This document shows, piece after piece, positions 31,302-40,125 of a DNA stretch of 64,000 nucleotides (position 1 is the stretch's first letter; the number at the start of each line of letters is the position of its first letter). The stretch is from positions 256,001 to 320,000 of the forward strand of contig CAWAUV010000008.1 in assembly GCA_963785305.1 (NCBI GenBank). The letters are read 5' to 3'. A model generated the notes under the pieces. It saw nothing but the letters and a program-made list of their open reading frames with translations. It was not told the DNA's origin and did not search any database. This DNA comes from an uncultured Planctomycetaceae bacterium. GTDB lineage: Bacteria > Planctomycetota > Planctomycetia > Pirellulales > PALSA-1355. The position numbers and the translations under genes are program-made.

Positions 31302-32000
31302 TGTCCCTCCCGAAAACCCCGTCGGAGGGGAATGACGATGCCGAGTAGGGTTGATTTCGCGAGGTTGGTTTCGGCGCGGCTCAGGAAAAATCGCCGGTGT
31401 TGGAGTGAAAACGGGTCCGGAGGGCCTGTTTTCACTCCTGGGCGCGTGGCCTTCCCTTCGGCGTGTTGGCTGTGGTTGAAAAGCATGGGGGCGCGAGGCG
31501 GCGTCAAGCGGCGCGCATGTAGCGGTGATGGAGGCCGCCGACTTGGGGAATGGATCGCACGGGGCCGCGTTCGGGCGGTTCGACCTCGCGAGGATTGGGC
31601 GGCGTTGCCCTCGAGCGAAAGATGGGTTCTTGAATTGTTGTAGTAGTCGAAGTAATCGGACAGGATGCGTTTCAAGTGGCGCTCGCCGAGCACGATGACG
31701 TGATCGAGACACTCGCGGCGGATCGAGCCGATCAGTCGTTCGACGTACGGATTTTCCCAAGGCGAGCGTGGCGAGCTGACGATTTGTTCGATTCCCAGAT
31801 TCTCGATGCGTCGTTGGAACACTTCGCCATAGATTCCGTCGCGATCGCGCTGCAAGTAGCGCGGCGCCGAATCATAGGGAAACGCTTCGACGATCTGCTG
31901 GGCGGTCCACTGGGCCGACGGATTGGCCGTGACATCGAAATGCAACACGCAGCGCCGATGGACGCTCAAGACGACGAAGGCGTAAAGCACGCGAAAGGTG
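31302..32000 (-). mobile_element. IS remnant: terminus (element copy 6) plus 3' part of an rve/integrase-core transposase (31504-32000)
   Basis: ATFRVLYAF..HFDVT..YLQRDRD.IY..SPWENPYVERLIGSIRRECLDH..GGLHHRY; 5'-truncated and frameshifted. Confidence 0.9.
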
Positions 32001-33214
32001 GCGGCCGACAGCGGCTATGCCATCGGCGAAGCGACGAGTTGGGACGCGGCCGTCGATGGTTTGTATGCGTCCGCGCCGAGCGTGTACTCGCAAGAAGCGG
32101 CGAGCCAGGCCGACGCCGCGAAGGCGCAAGTGGTCAGCGTGTCGAACGCGCTCTCCGCCAGCGAGACTACCACCGCCAACGCCAATCAGACGATGGCCGA
32201 CACGACCGCCAACGCCGCCGCGAGTTTGAACACGAGCATGGCGGCGGCGAGCCAGACACTTGCCGCCAACCAGGCGCAGGCAACCTACAACGGAGCGGTG
32301 GCGCTGTCGCGGCCGATTCGACCGCCGCCCAGTCCGGCGCGGCGACCCCCCAGGGCCTTCCGATGCCCGCCGCCCCGGCGCCGGTGACCGCGGCGAATGT
32401 GGATGTCGCGCCACCCACCTTGCCGAGCCGGCCGCCGACCGATGCGTTCAGCCCCACGACCAGCGCCCGGCTGGCCAGCGCACGCGGGCTCGAACGCCCA
32501 AGCGATCAACCTCACCGGCGCCAGCACCCTGGCCGAAGGCGTAACCCTTTCGCAGACCGAAAACCAAGTCGCCACGGGGCAGACGATCACCGTCTCCCCG
32601 CCGAGCGGCTGGAGCACGGTCATCAATGTCGGCATCGGGATTTTTACAGGCGCGATTTCAGGTGCTCTAGCTGGCGGCACGGTGGGTGGTCTCTTGACAG
32701 GCGGCGCGGGCACGGCCTTCACGGCGATTGCGGGCGGTATCGCCGGCGCTGTCGCCGGCGGCTTCGCGGGTTATAATGCGACGGACGCGACGAGCGCGTT
32801 CACGAGTTCCCTCGGCGCCGGCATCCGGGCCGGCTTCGTGGCCGGCGTGGCGGGAGCGTACGTTGCCGCGGCCGCTTTGCCGGCCACCGCGGGGCTCCTG
32901 ACGCAGATGACCGTCGCGGCCGCGGCCGGCGCGACCGCCGAAACCGCGGTTCAGACTTATGAGATCGGCGTCGGCTCGCGCAAAAGCGCCGACAACTTCC
33001 AGATCGCGGTAACCGCCGGCGCGTCCGCCGTCGGCCCGCTCGCCGCGAAAGTCATGTCCGCCGTCGACGACGGAATCACCAATTTAGTCGCCTCGTTCAA
33101 ACAACAAGCCCAGGGGCTCGCGAACGCCACCACGAGCGAAACGGCCAGTCTGAATGCGAATCCCCCAGAAACGGAGCCCCTCGTAACAACGCCCGAGGCG
33201 GAAGCGCAAGCCGC
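32000..33214 (+). repeat. 1215-bp direct repeat, copy 2
   Basis: Matches 29295-30509. Confidence 0.95.
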
Positions 33215-33602
33215 AAATACGGCGAATGATGCGCCGCCAACGGCGTTGGTCGGAGTCCCGGAAGAGAGCGCCGTTGTTACATTATGGAAAGCGCCACAAG
33301 GAGGGAGACTAAACGCAGCCGGCGAACTGACAGAAGGTTTTGATCCGAGTCAATATCCTGGCGACGGACCATATTTTGCAACCGACAAGGCGATTGCGGA
33401 AGGCTTTCGCGATGCATCGTACGGAAATGGGCTTCAAGAAGTAAACATTCCTCGAGGCATTTTTGATGAACTCGTCGCTAAGGGCATCATACAACCCGAC
33501 ACATTTTACGGGCCGGGACAAGCATGGCATGTACCGCCCGACGGGCTTGCGGAATTCAATGCCGCATTAAAGATGGGGCCGCCGAATGTTTATCATCCTT
33601 AA
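32000..33602 (+). CDS. Orphan polymorphic toxin E: D-type pre-toxin region + putative ADP-ribosyltransferase-like tip; indels ~32305 and ~32485
   Basis: Identical to D up to AEAQAAN, then TLWKAPQ..GFDP..GPYFATDKAIAE..YG.G..EV.IP; ART assignment is tentative. Confidence 0.7.
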
Positions 33603-33633
33603 AATTCGAGCTCATTTTCAATGGAGGGGCTTG

Positions 33634-34146
33634 ATGATTGAGATCGGCGTCGTTGTCAAAGGAATTGTTACGCGAATAGCACCATTTGGGATATTTATGT
33701 CCCATGGCGAAGACTTGGTCTTCGTGCCGCTAAGCAATTTCGCATGGATACCTAATCCCAAAGTAATTAGTCAATTTTATATTGGGCAGGAGAGAGATGT
33801 GCTCGTGGAGAGGCTCAACTACGACAAAAATATCTATACGGGTTCATTTCGACGTTTAGATCCAGAAGGCAATCCATACCGCATCTTGTCTAGATATCCG
33901 CCGTCGGCGACCTTTGATGGAATCGTTGTTATGGTGCATGCGAATGGTTTTACGATCGAGATTGATGGTGGTTGTCGTGGCGAAATATTCAAAACGCCGC
34001 AGAATGAAGATTTAACTAAAGGCGAAAAGGTTCGCGTTCGAATAAAATCTCTGGAAGTCGATGTGCAGAATCTCGTTTTCGAGTTAGTATCCCGTACCAC
34101 CGTCCCTCCCGAAAACCTCGTCGGAGGGGATGGCGATCCGGAGTAG
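33634..34146 (+). CDS. Tandem S1 (OB-fold) domain protein in the immunity position; C-terminus runs into repeat copy 7
   Basis: G.VVKG.VTRIAPFGIFM..VPLSNFAW and DGIVV.VHANGFTIEI..G.RG.I...GEKVRVRIKSLE resemble ribosomal protein S1 repeats. Confidence 0.75.
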   Translation: MIEIGVVVKGIVTRIAPFGIFMSHGEDLVFVPLSNFAWIPNPKVISQFYIGQERDVLVERLNYDKNIYTGSFRRLDPEGNPYRILSRYPPSATFDGIVVMVHANGFTIEIDGGCRGEIFKTPQNEDLTKGEKVRVRIKSLEVDVQNLVFELVSRTTVPPENLVGGDGDPE

Positions 34147-34308
34147 GAGCGAATTCACGGAGTCGGTTTCGGCGGTGCTCAAGAAAAATCGCCGGCGTTG
34201 GAGTAAAAACGGGCTCGGAGGGCCTGTTTTTACTGATCGGCGCATGGCCTTCCCTTCGGCGTGATGGCCGTCGTTGAAGAGCATGGGGGCGCGAGGCGGC
34301 GCGGGTGT
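34101..34308 (+). repeat. Cassette-delimiting element copy 7
   Basis: CGTCCCTCCCGAAAACCTCGTCGGAGGGG... including the extension seen at 31440-31500. Confidence 0.9.
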
Positions 34309-34965
34309 TGTCCCTCCCGAAAACCTCATCGGAGGGGATGGCGATGCGGAGTAGGGTCGATTTGGCGGGGTTGGTTTCGGCGGTGCTCAAGAAAAATCGC
34401 CGGCGTTGGAGTAAAAACAGGCCCGGAGGGCCGGTTTTTACTCCTCGCGCGCGGCCTTGCCGTCGGCGCGTCGGCCGTTGTTGGTGGGACATGGGAACCG
34501 GGCGGCGTCAAGCGGCGCGGGTGTAGCGGTGATGGAGGCCGCCGACTTGGGGAATGGATCGCACGGGGCCGCGTTCGGGCGGCTCGACTTCGCGAGCGTT
34601 GGGCGCGTTGCGGTCGAGCGATAGGTGTGTTCTTGAATTGTTATAGTAATCGAAGTAGTCGGATAGGATGCGTTTCAAGTGGCGCTCGCCGAGCACGATG
34701 ACGTGGTTCAAGCACTCGCGGCGGATCGAGCCGATCAGACGCTCGACGTAGGGATTCTGCCATGGCGAGCGAGGCGCGCTCACCACTTGTTCGATTCCCA
34801 GATTCTCGATTCGTCGTTGGGACACATCGCCATAGATTCCATCGCGATCGCGCTGCAAGTCAGCGCGGCGCCGAGTCATAAGGAAACGCCTCGACGATTT
34901 GCTGGGCGGTCCACGCGGCCGATGGGTTGGCCGTGACATCGAAATGCGCGACGCGGCGTCGGTGT
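34309..34965 (-). mobile_element. IS remnant: terminus (element copy 8) plus 3' part of rve transposase (34508-34965)
   Basis: LQRDRDGIYG..SPWQNPYVERLIGSIRRECLNH..VGGLHHRYTRAA; a diverged paralog of the 31302 remnant. Confidence 0.9.
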
Positions 34966-35610
34966 TCACTCGTAGCGGAAGAGTTGGCCGACGTTGTCAT
35001 CGTCGACCGCCACATGCAGGTACGCGCTGGTGATGCTCACGTTCGCGTGGCCGGCGGCGTCGCGGACTTCGGCTAGCGTGCGGCCGCCGGCCAGGGCGTG
35101 GCTGATGAAGGTGTGGCGGCCGTGGTGGATGGTGAGAGTCGCCAATCGGGCCGGGCCGAGCGACTTGCAGGCCGTTCGGAATCGCTTGCGGAGCGTGTGG
35201 CGCGAGAATGATTTTTCAACGCGGCCCGGCCGGAACGAGGCGACGAACGGTCGCGTGAGTACCGACGACTCGGCGCTGCTCGCTTGTCGATTGATCTTCC
35301 AAGAGGCCAAATCGGCGAGCGTGCCGGCGTCCCACCACAGTGGAACCATTCGCGACCGGCCGCCCTTCGACGCGCCCGTGCGAATGCGGATGTGCGGCCG
35401 GGCAAGTTCCGTGCGCACATCGCCCATTTGCAGATGGGCGATCTCGCTGGCCCGCAGGCCGCAACAGGCGGCCAAACGGAAGAGAATCAGATTCAAGCGG
35501 GTATTCGGCGAACGCGGGGCCTTGCGCTTGAGATCGGCCAGAACGGCGCCGATCTCCCGGCGGGTGAGAATCTTCGTGGCGTCGACTGTTCGGGGGCGAT
35601 ACGTTTGCAT
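34966..35610 (-). CDS. Tyrosine recombinase, catalytic domain only (~214 aa)
   Basis: GLRASE (R), SKGG (K), HHGRH (HxxR), AGHAN (H), TSAYL (Y); no N-terminal core-binding domain. Confidence 0.92.
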   Translation of the reverse strand: MQTYRPRTVDATKILTRREIGAVLADLKRKAPRSPNTRLNLILFRLAACCGLRASEIAHLQMGDVRTELARPHIRIRTGASKGGRSRMVPLWWDAGTLADLASWKINRQASSAESSVLTRPFVASFRPGRVEKSFSRHTLRKRFRTACKSLGPARLATLTIHHGRHTFISHALAGGRTLAEVRDAAGHANVSITSAYLHVAVDDDNVGQLFRYE

Positions 35611-35924
35611 GGCGGGCGTTCCTGCGGGTCGGTGGTTGCTGGGTACGAGTGTCCGGTTCTTCCTTAGCACGGCGCCGCGTCGGGCCGCGTGGACAGTCAG
35701 TACCTCGGGTCTCGCCGGAGCTCAAGCGGGTTCGGACCCAGTTCGCCCAGTGTGGGTCCGAGTTCGCGTAGCCGAGAAGATGTTTGGCCAACAGGCGAGC
35801 CGAAGAATTGCGAGAATTCCGCTTCGCCAGCGCTGGATGTTCTGGGGCAGCTGAGGTAACTGTCGTGACCTGCGTGGCGTCGATGTTCGACGCCCGGAGC
35901 ATTCCGAACGACAGGAGACGAACC

Positions 35925-36269
35925 ATGACCGCGAAGAAGGCCACGAAACAGACGAAGTCCACCGCCAAAGCCGAAAGCGCCAAGCCCGAGAACGCCAAGG
36001 GCGCGAAGGCCGCCAAGCCGAAGAAGGAAACCAAACCCAAGAAGATGAGCGCGCTGGACGCCTCGGCCAAGGTTCTGGCCGAGGCCGGTGAGCCGCTGGG
36101 CGCCAAGCAGATGGTCGAGGCGATGACCGCGAAAGGCTACTGGACCAGCCCCGGCGGCAAGACCCCGCATGCCACGCTCTACAGCGCGATCCTGCGCGAG
36201 ATCGGGACCAAGGGGACCGACGCCCGCTTCAAGAAGACCGATCGCGGGCGGTTCGCCGCCAACGGGTAG
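35925..36269 (+). CDS. HARE-HTH (winged helix) DNA-binding protein with Lys-rich N-tail
   Basis: KMSALDA..KVL.E..EPL...M...M...GYW.SPGGKTPHATLYSAILREI...GRF. Confidence 0.8.
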   Translation: MTAKKATKQTKSTAKAESAKPENAKGAKAAKPKKETKPKKMSALDASAKVLAEAGEPLGAKQMVEAMTAKGYWTSPGGKTPHATLYSAILREIGTKGTDARFKKTDRGRFAANG

Positions 36270-36363
36270 TCCCCGCGGCGCCTTCCCGCTCGACGCCCCA
36301 TAGACCACCGCTTCGCGGCGGCGCCTTCCACGTCGGGGCGTTTTCTCGTTCGACGGTTGGCGT

Positions 36364-36392
36364 TTGACAACGCGGCCCGATGGTGATACATT
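36364..36392 (+). promoter_or_regulatory. Sigma70 promoter of TA operon
   Basis: TTGACA-N17-TACATT, ATACATT repeated twice (possible operator), AAGGAG RBS. Confidence 0.7.
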
Positions 36393-36431
36393 TGTAATAC
36401 ATTGTGCTAACAAAGGAAAAGGAGTTGGGCC

Positions 36432-36659
36432 ATGATCAAAACACTGACCAAGCACGGCAATAGCTACGCGCTGGTCATTGAAAAGCCGATTTTGGAACTC
36501 TTGCGAGCGACCCCCGAAACACCGTTTGAAATCATGAGCGACGGACAATGCCTTGTCCTCACGCCGCTGCGGGAATCGAAAGATGAACGGAAATTCCAGA
36601 AGGCCCTGGAAAGCGTCCACGCGAGGTTTGGCCGCGCGATGAAACGGCTCGCGGAGTAA
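36432..36659 (+). CDS. AbrB/MazE/SpoVT-family antitoxin
   Basis: TKHGNSYALVIEKPILELL; acidic/helical tail ending KRLAE. Confidence 0.88.
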   Translation: MIKTLTKHGNSYALVIEKPILELLRATPETPFEIMSDGQCLVLTPLRESKDERKFQKALESVHARFGRAMKRLAE

Positions 36660-36665
36660 CTGCCC

Positions 36666-37055
36666 GTGGACGGTTTTGAGTTCCTGGACCTGGATCGCGT
36701 CCTGCGCACGCATCGCAGCTTGATCGAAGCCTATGGAGGGACCGATGGTGTCCGCGACGTAGGCTTGTTGCTTTCGGCGATCGCCATGCCCCAGTCGTCG
36801 TTCGGCGGCCAGTTCCTGCATAAAGACGTGTTCGAGATGGCGGCTGCGTACCACTACCACATCGTTCAGAACCACCCGTTCATCGATGGAAACAAACGCA
36901 CCGGCGCGGCTGCCGCGATCATCTTCCTGGCCATGAACGACATTGATATCGACGCAGACGAAGACGGGCTGGTCGCATTGACCCTGGCGGTGGCCCGCGG
37001 GAACGCTGACAAGTCGGAGATCGCGGATTTTTTTCGGAAGCGAGCCCATCCGTGA
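36666..37055 (+). CDS. doc: Death-on-curing (Fic/Doc) toxin
   Basis: GGTDGVRD.GLL.SA, HPFIDGNKRT motif. Confidence 0.92.
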   Translation: MDGFEFLDLDRVLRTHRSLIEAYGGTDGVRDVGLLLSAIAMPQSSFGGQFLHKDVFEMAAAYHYHIVQNHPFIDGNKRTGAAAAIIFLAMNDIDIDADEDGLVALTLAVARGNADKSEIADFFRKRAHP

Positions 37056-37204
37056 CAGTCCCACGAGTTCCGGCCGGCGCGAACTAAGTCAGCGCTCCGC
37101 GGCGGCAGCGCCACGTCGGGGCGTTTTCTTGTTGGTGGGATCCTTGGCCCGTCCGATCGACCGGCCGCCACACGGCGCGAACCTCGCGTTCATGGGTTTG
37201 CCTT

Positions 37205-37880
37205 TCAATCGTCGCATATCTCCCTCAGCATCCGGCGCCAGCCCTTGGCCAGATCGTCGGCGGTCGTCAGCTTCTCGGTGGGCCGGCCGTAGTGGCGCAG
37301 GCAGACCATCATCGTCTCGGTCGACGGCGCCAAATCGCGAATCGGTTCGGCGCACACGTCGAGAATCGCGCCCTGGTAGTTGCCTCGCGCCAGAAAGTCG
37401 CCATCGATTCCGATTCCTTCGGCGAACTGCCGCCATCCCTCCAGCCCGATGCGAAACCGGTAAGCGCTGGTATTAGCCACCAGCGTCCACGTGCCATCCG
37501 CGTCGCCGTCCGCCAAATATCGCCAGCGGGCCAGCATGAACATGGCGGCCTGTTCGAGTTGCTGGTTGATGTAGGCGAGCGCCATGACATGCAGCATGAG
37601 CAGCGGAAACGTCGTATCGGGAAGGTGGAAAAGGCGGGTGGGCGTGACATGGTCGACCAGCCGAAGTTCGGCCTTGTCGCCCTTGGCGTCGGCCGCCAGA
37701 TAGCGAGCCAACCGCTCGCGGCGGCTGAGCGGCGGTTCCTGGGAACCGCTGTATGGGAATCGGCCGTCGGGCGTGGTCGGGGCGATCTTGGTCGGCGGAT
37801 ACAGACCTTGGAGCGCCGCTTCGTCACGCAGCACATTGAGGGCGGTGCGAATGTCGTTGCCTTTGAGCGAGCGGGCATAC
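37205..37880 (-). pseudogene. 5'-truncated hypothetical gene (possibly terminase-small-subunit-like phage protein)
   Basis: Open frame with TALNVLRDEAALQGLYPPTKIAPTTPDG; no own start, fused to the upstream fragment. Confidence 0.4.
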
Positions 37881-38146
37881 ACCGTTTTCATAGAAACGGA
37901 TACGATCTCGGCCAAACGCTCGCGCGACCACCGCGGCGATTGCCGCGAATAGAAACGATCGGCTGCGCTGCGAGAAGTCACCGCCAAGATTCTTCGACTT
38001 GTTCACCTCGACGGCAACATGCAGAGGACGTCTTCCCTTGTCGGTTAACCGGTCGGTGATATCCGAGACGAGATCTCGTTGCCTCGCGTACAACTTGCTG
38101 ACCGGCCGGTGGCTCACAAGAACGACTCGTTTTCCGCGGTCGTCAT
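37880..38146 (-). pseudogene. Internal fragment of a QueC-like (QatC-type) ATPase
   Basis: RVVLVSH...FSQRSRSFLFAAIA...RFYENGV motifs, truncated on both sides. Confidence 0.65.
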
Positions 38147-38544
38147 ATTGCGCCATAGTTGCCGCTGCTTGCGCAGTCCGGCACAGACGCGATCGGTTGG
38201 AGCTGGCGTAAATGGACCGGGGTTCGGCCGCGCTCGATCCGGGGCATAAAAAGAAGTTCCTCCTGGATGTCCGGGGCCAGCAACCGGAGATTCATAATCT
38301 GAGTGATTCGGGCACGGGTGACGTGCCCCAGGCGGGCCAATTCGGCATAGTCGGTCACCTCGACAGCGTGGATCAACCGTTCAAAACGAATCGCCAACGC
38401 CATGAACCGGGCGATACGGGGCACCCGGCCGGGAACGCGCTTGACTGCGGCGGCGGGCGACTCGCCGCGACAGATCTCTTTGCGGTTGCCGCGACCGCGG
38501 CGACGGAAATGGATACTGCATTCGAGGGTGATCGGCTTGATCAT
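38114..38544 (-). CDS. Serine-recombinase-associated HTH hypothetical protein (indel near 3' end)
   Basis: RVPRIARFMALA..YAELARLGHVTRARITQIMNL.LLAPDIQE; restoring one base gives PDWRKQRQLW. Confidence 0.75.
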
Positions 38545-40125
38545 GCCGCGTCCTCCGTATTCTGGCTGGCCAGTTCGTCGGCCAGCGTCTGGATGCCAAT
38601 GGGATGGAAGGTGATCGAAACTTTGCCGTTGGCCCCGTCGTAGTCGACGCGCTCCACGAGCAACTGAACGACGCGAGTCTGTTCGCGGGACGTGAGCGAG
38701 TCCCACACCGGGTCGAAGATAGACATCGCCTTGGCGACCTCGCGCTGGTCTAACAAGTCGCGGCTCAACGCCAGCACTTGTTCGCGGACCTCGGTTGCGC
38801 GGCGTTCCGCCCCACTTATCCGGTCTTGAAGGTCGGCCAAGCGGGCCGTGGCCGGCGTATTGGCGTCGCCCGGGGCGATCTGTTCCAGTAACTTGAGAAC
38901 CTCGGTGTTCCAACGGGTCAGTTCGCGTTCGAGGCCGTGTCGTTCGGTTTCCAGTTCCGCCAAGCGGGTCTTGCCCTGGCTGCGGGCTTGGGCGACGACC
39001 TCGCCGAGTAGCGTCGGGTCTTTGCCGATGCATTTGATCTGCTCGACCACGAACCGTTCGATCTCGGGCGCCGGAATGGACTTCGAGGGGCAATCGTGCC
39101 AACCTCGTTTCTGGGCCCGGTTGCAGACATAGTAGCGATACCGCTTGTTGCCGTTCTTGGTTGAGTGCGTGGGAGACATGCCGCAGCCGCACGGAACGCA
39201 GTGCAGAAGGCCCTTGAGCAGCGCGCCGAACTTGTTCCGCGCCGCCCGTGCGACCGTTGCGACCCAGCAGCGACTGCACCCGCTGCCAGATGTCGGCGTT
39301 CACTACGGCCGCGTGTTCGCCGTTGTGGACCTCGTCCTTGTATTTGATTTTGCCGGCATAGGCGACGTTGGTGAGCAGTTTGTACAGGCTGGTTTTGGTG
39401 AACTGTTTGCCGCCCCGATCGTGCCCCTTGCGGGTCGTCCAGCGCTTGTTGACCCAGCCCCGCCGGTCGATTTCCTTGACCGTCGTGATCATCGACTGGT
39501 GCTCCAGGTACAACTCGAAGATGGCCCGCACGCGAGCCGCTTCGTCTTCGTTGACCAGGAGTTTCGACCCGAGCGGGTCCACATCGTAGCCGAGCAGCGG
39601 CATTCCGCCCGACCACTTTCCCTTGCGGCGGGCGGCGGCGATTTTGTCCCGCGCCCGTTCGGAGATGATCTCGCGCTCGAATTGGGCGAAGGAAAGCAGG
39701 ACGTTGAGCATCAGCCGACCCAACGATGTGGCGGTGTTGATGAGCTGCGTCACGCTGACGAACGATATCTGATGCCGGTCGAAGGTTTCCACGATCTTGG
39801 CGAAGTCGAGTAGCGAACGGCTGAGCCGGTCCACCTTGTACACGATGACGCTGTCGATCTTGCCGGCCTCGATATCCGCCATAAGGCGTTTGAGCGCCGG
39901 CCGGTCCATGTTGCCGCCGGTGAAACCACCGTCGTCGTACCTGTCTGGCAGACACCGCCAGCCTTCGTGCTCTTGGCTCTTGATATACGCCTCGCCCGAT
40001 TCCCGTTGGGCGTCGAGCGAATTGAATTCCTTTTCGAGGCCCTCGTCGGTCGACTTGCGAGTGTAGATCGCGCAGCGAATCTGTTGGGACGCCGCCGGTT
40101 GGTTCCGAGTCTTGGCCTTGCTCAT
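38541..40125 (-). CDS. Large serine recombinase (resolvase + recombinase + Zn ribbon), frameshift ~39235
   Basis: CAIYTRKST catalytic Ser, YDDGGFTGG, VYKVDRLSRS, SFAQFERE.I.ER, later YRYYVC..C. Confidence 0.93.

Larger units (their letters stand above)
36328..37129 (+). repeat. 19-bp direct repeats CCACGTCGGGGCGTTTTCT flanking the TA pair
   Basis: Exact copies at 36328-36346 and 37111-37129, each preceded by CGCGGCGGC. Confidence 0.8.

Noticed and set aside
29295..33214. Diversity-generating retroelement TR/VR pair
   Set aside because: No reverse transcriptase, the repeat is 1.2 kb, and mismatches are not adenine-specific.
33634..34146. Genuine ribosomal protein S1 (rpsA)
   Set aside because: Only two divergent S1 repeats, low GC and an island location in the immunity slot.
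16920..35610. Classical integron
   Set aside because: The recombinase is too short, shows no IntI-specific insertion and lies downstream, convergent to the cassettes; the repeats lack RYYYAAC/GTTRRRY ends and are contiguous with transposase DNA.
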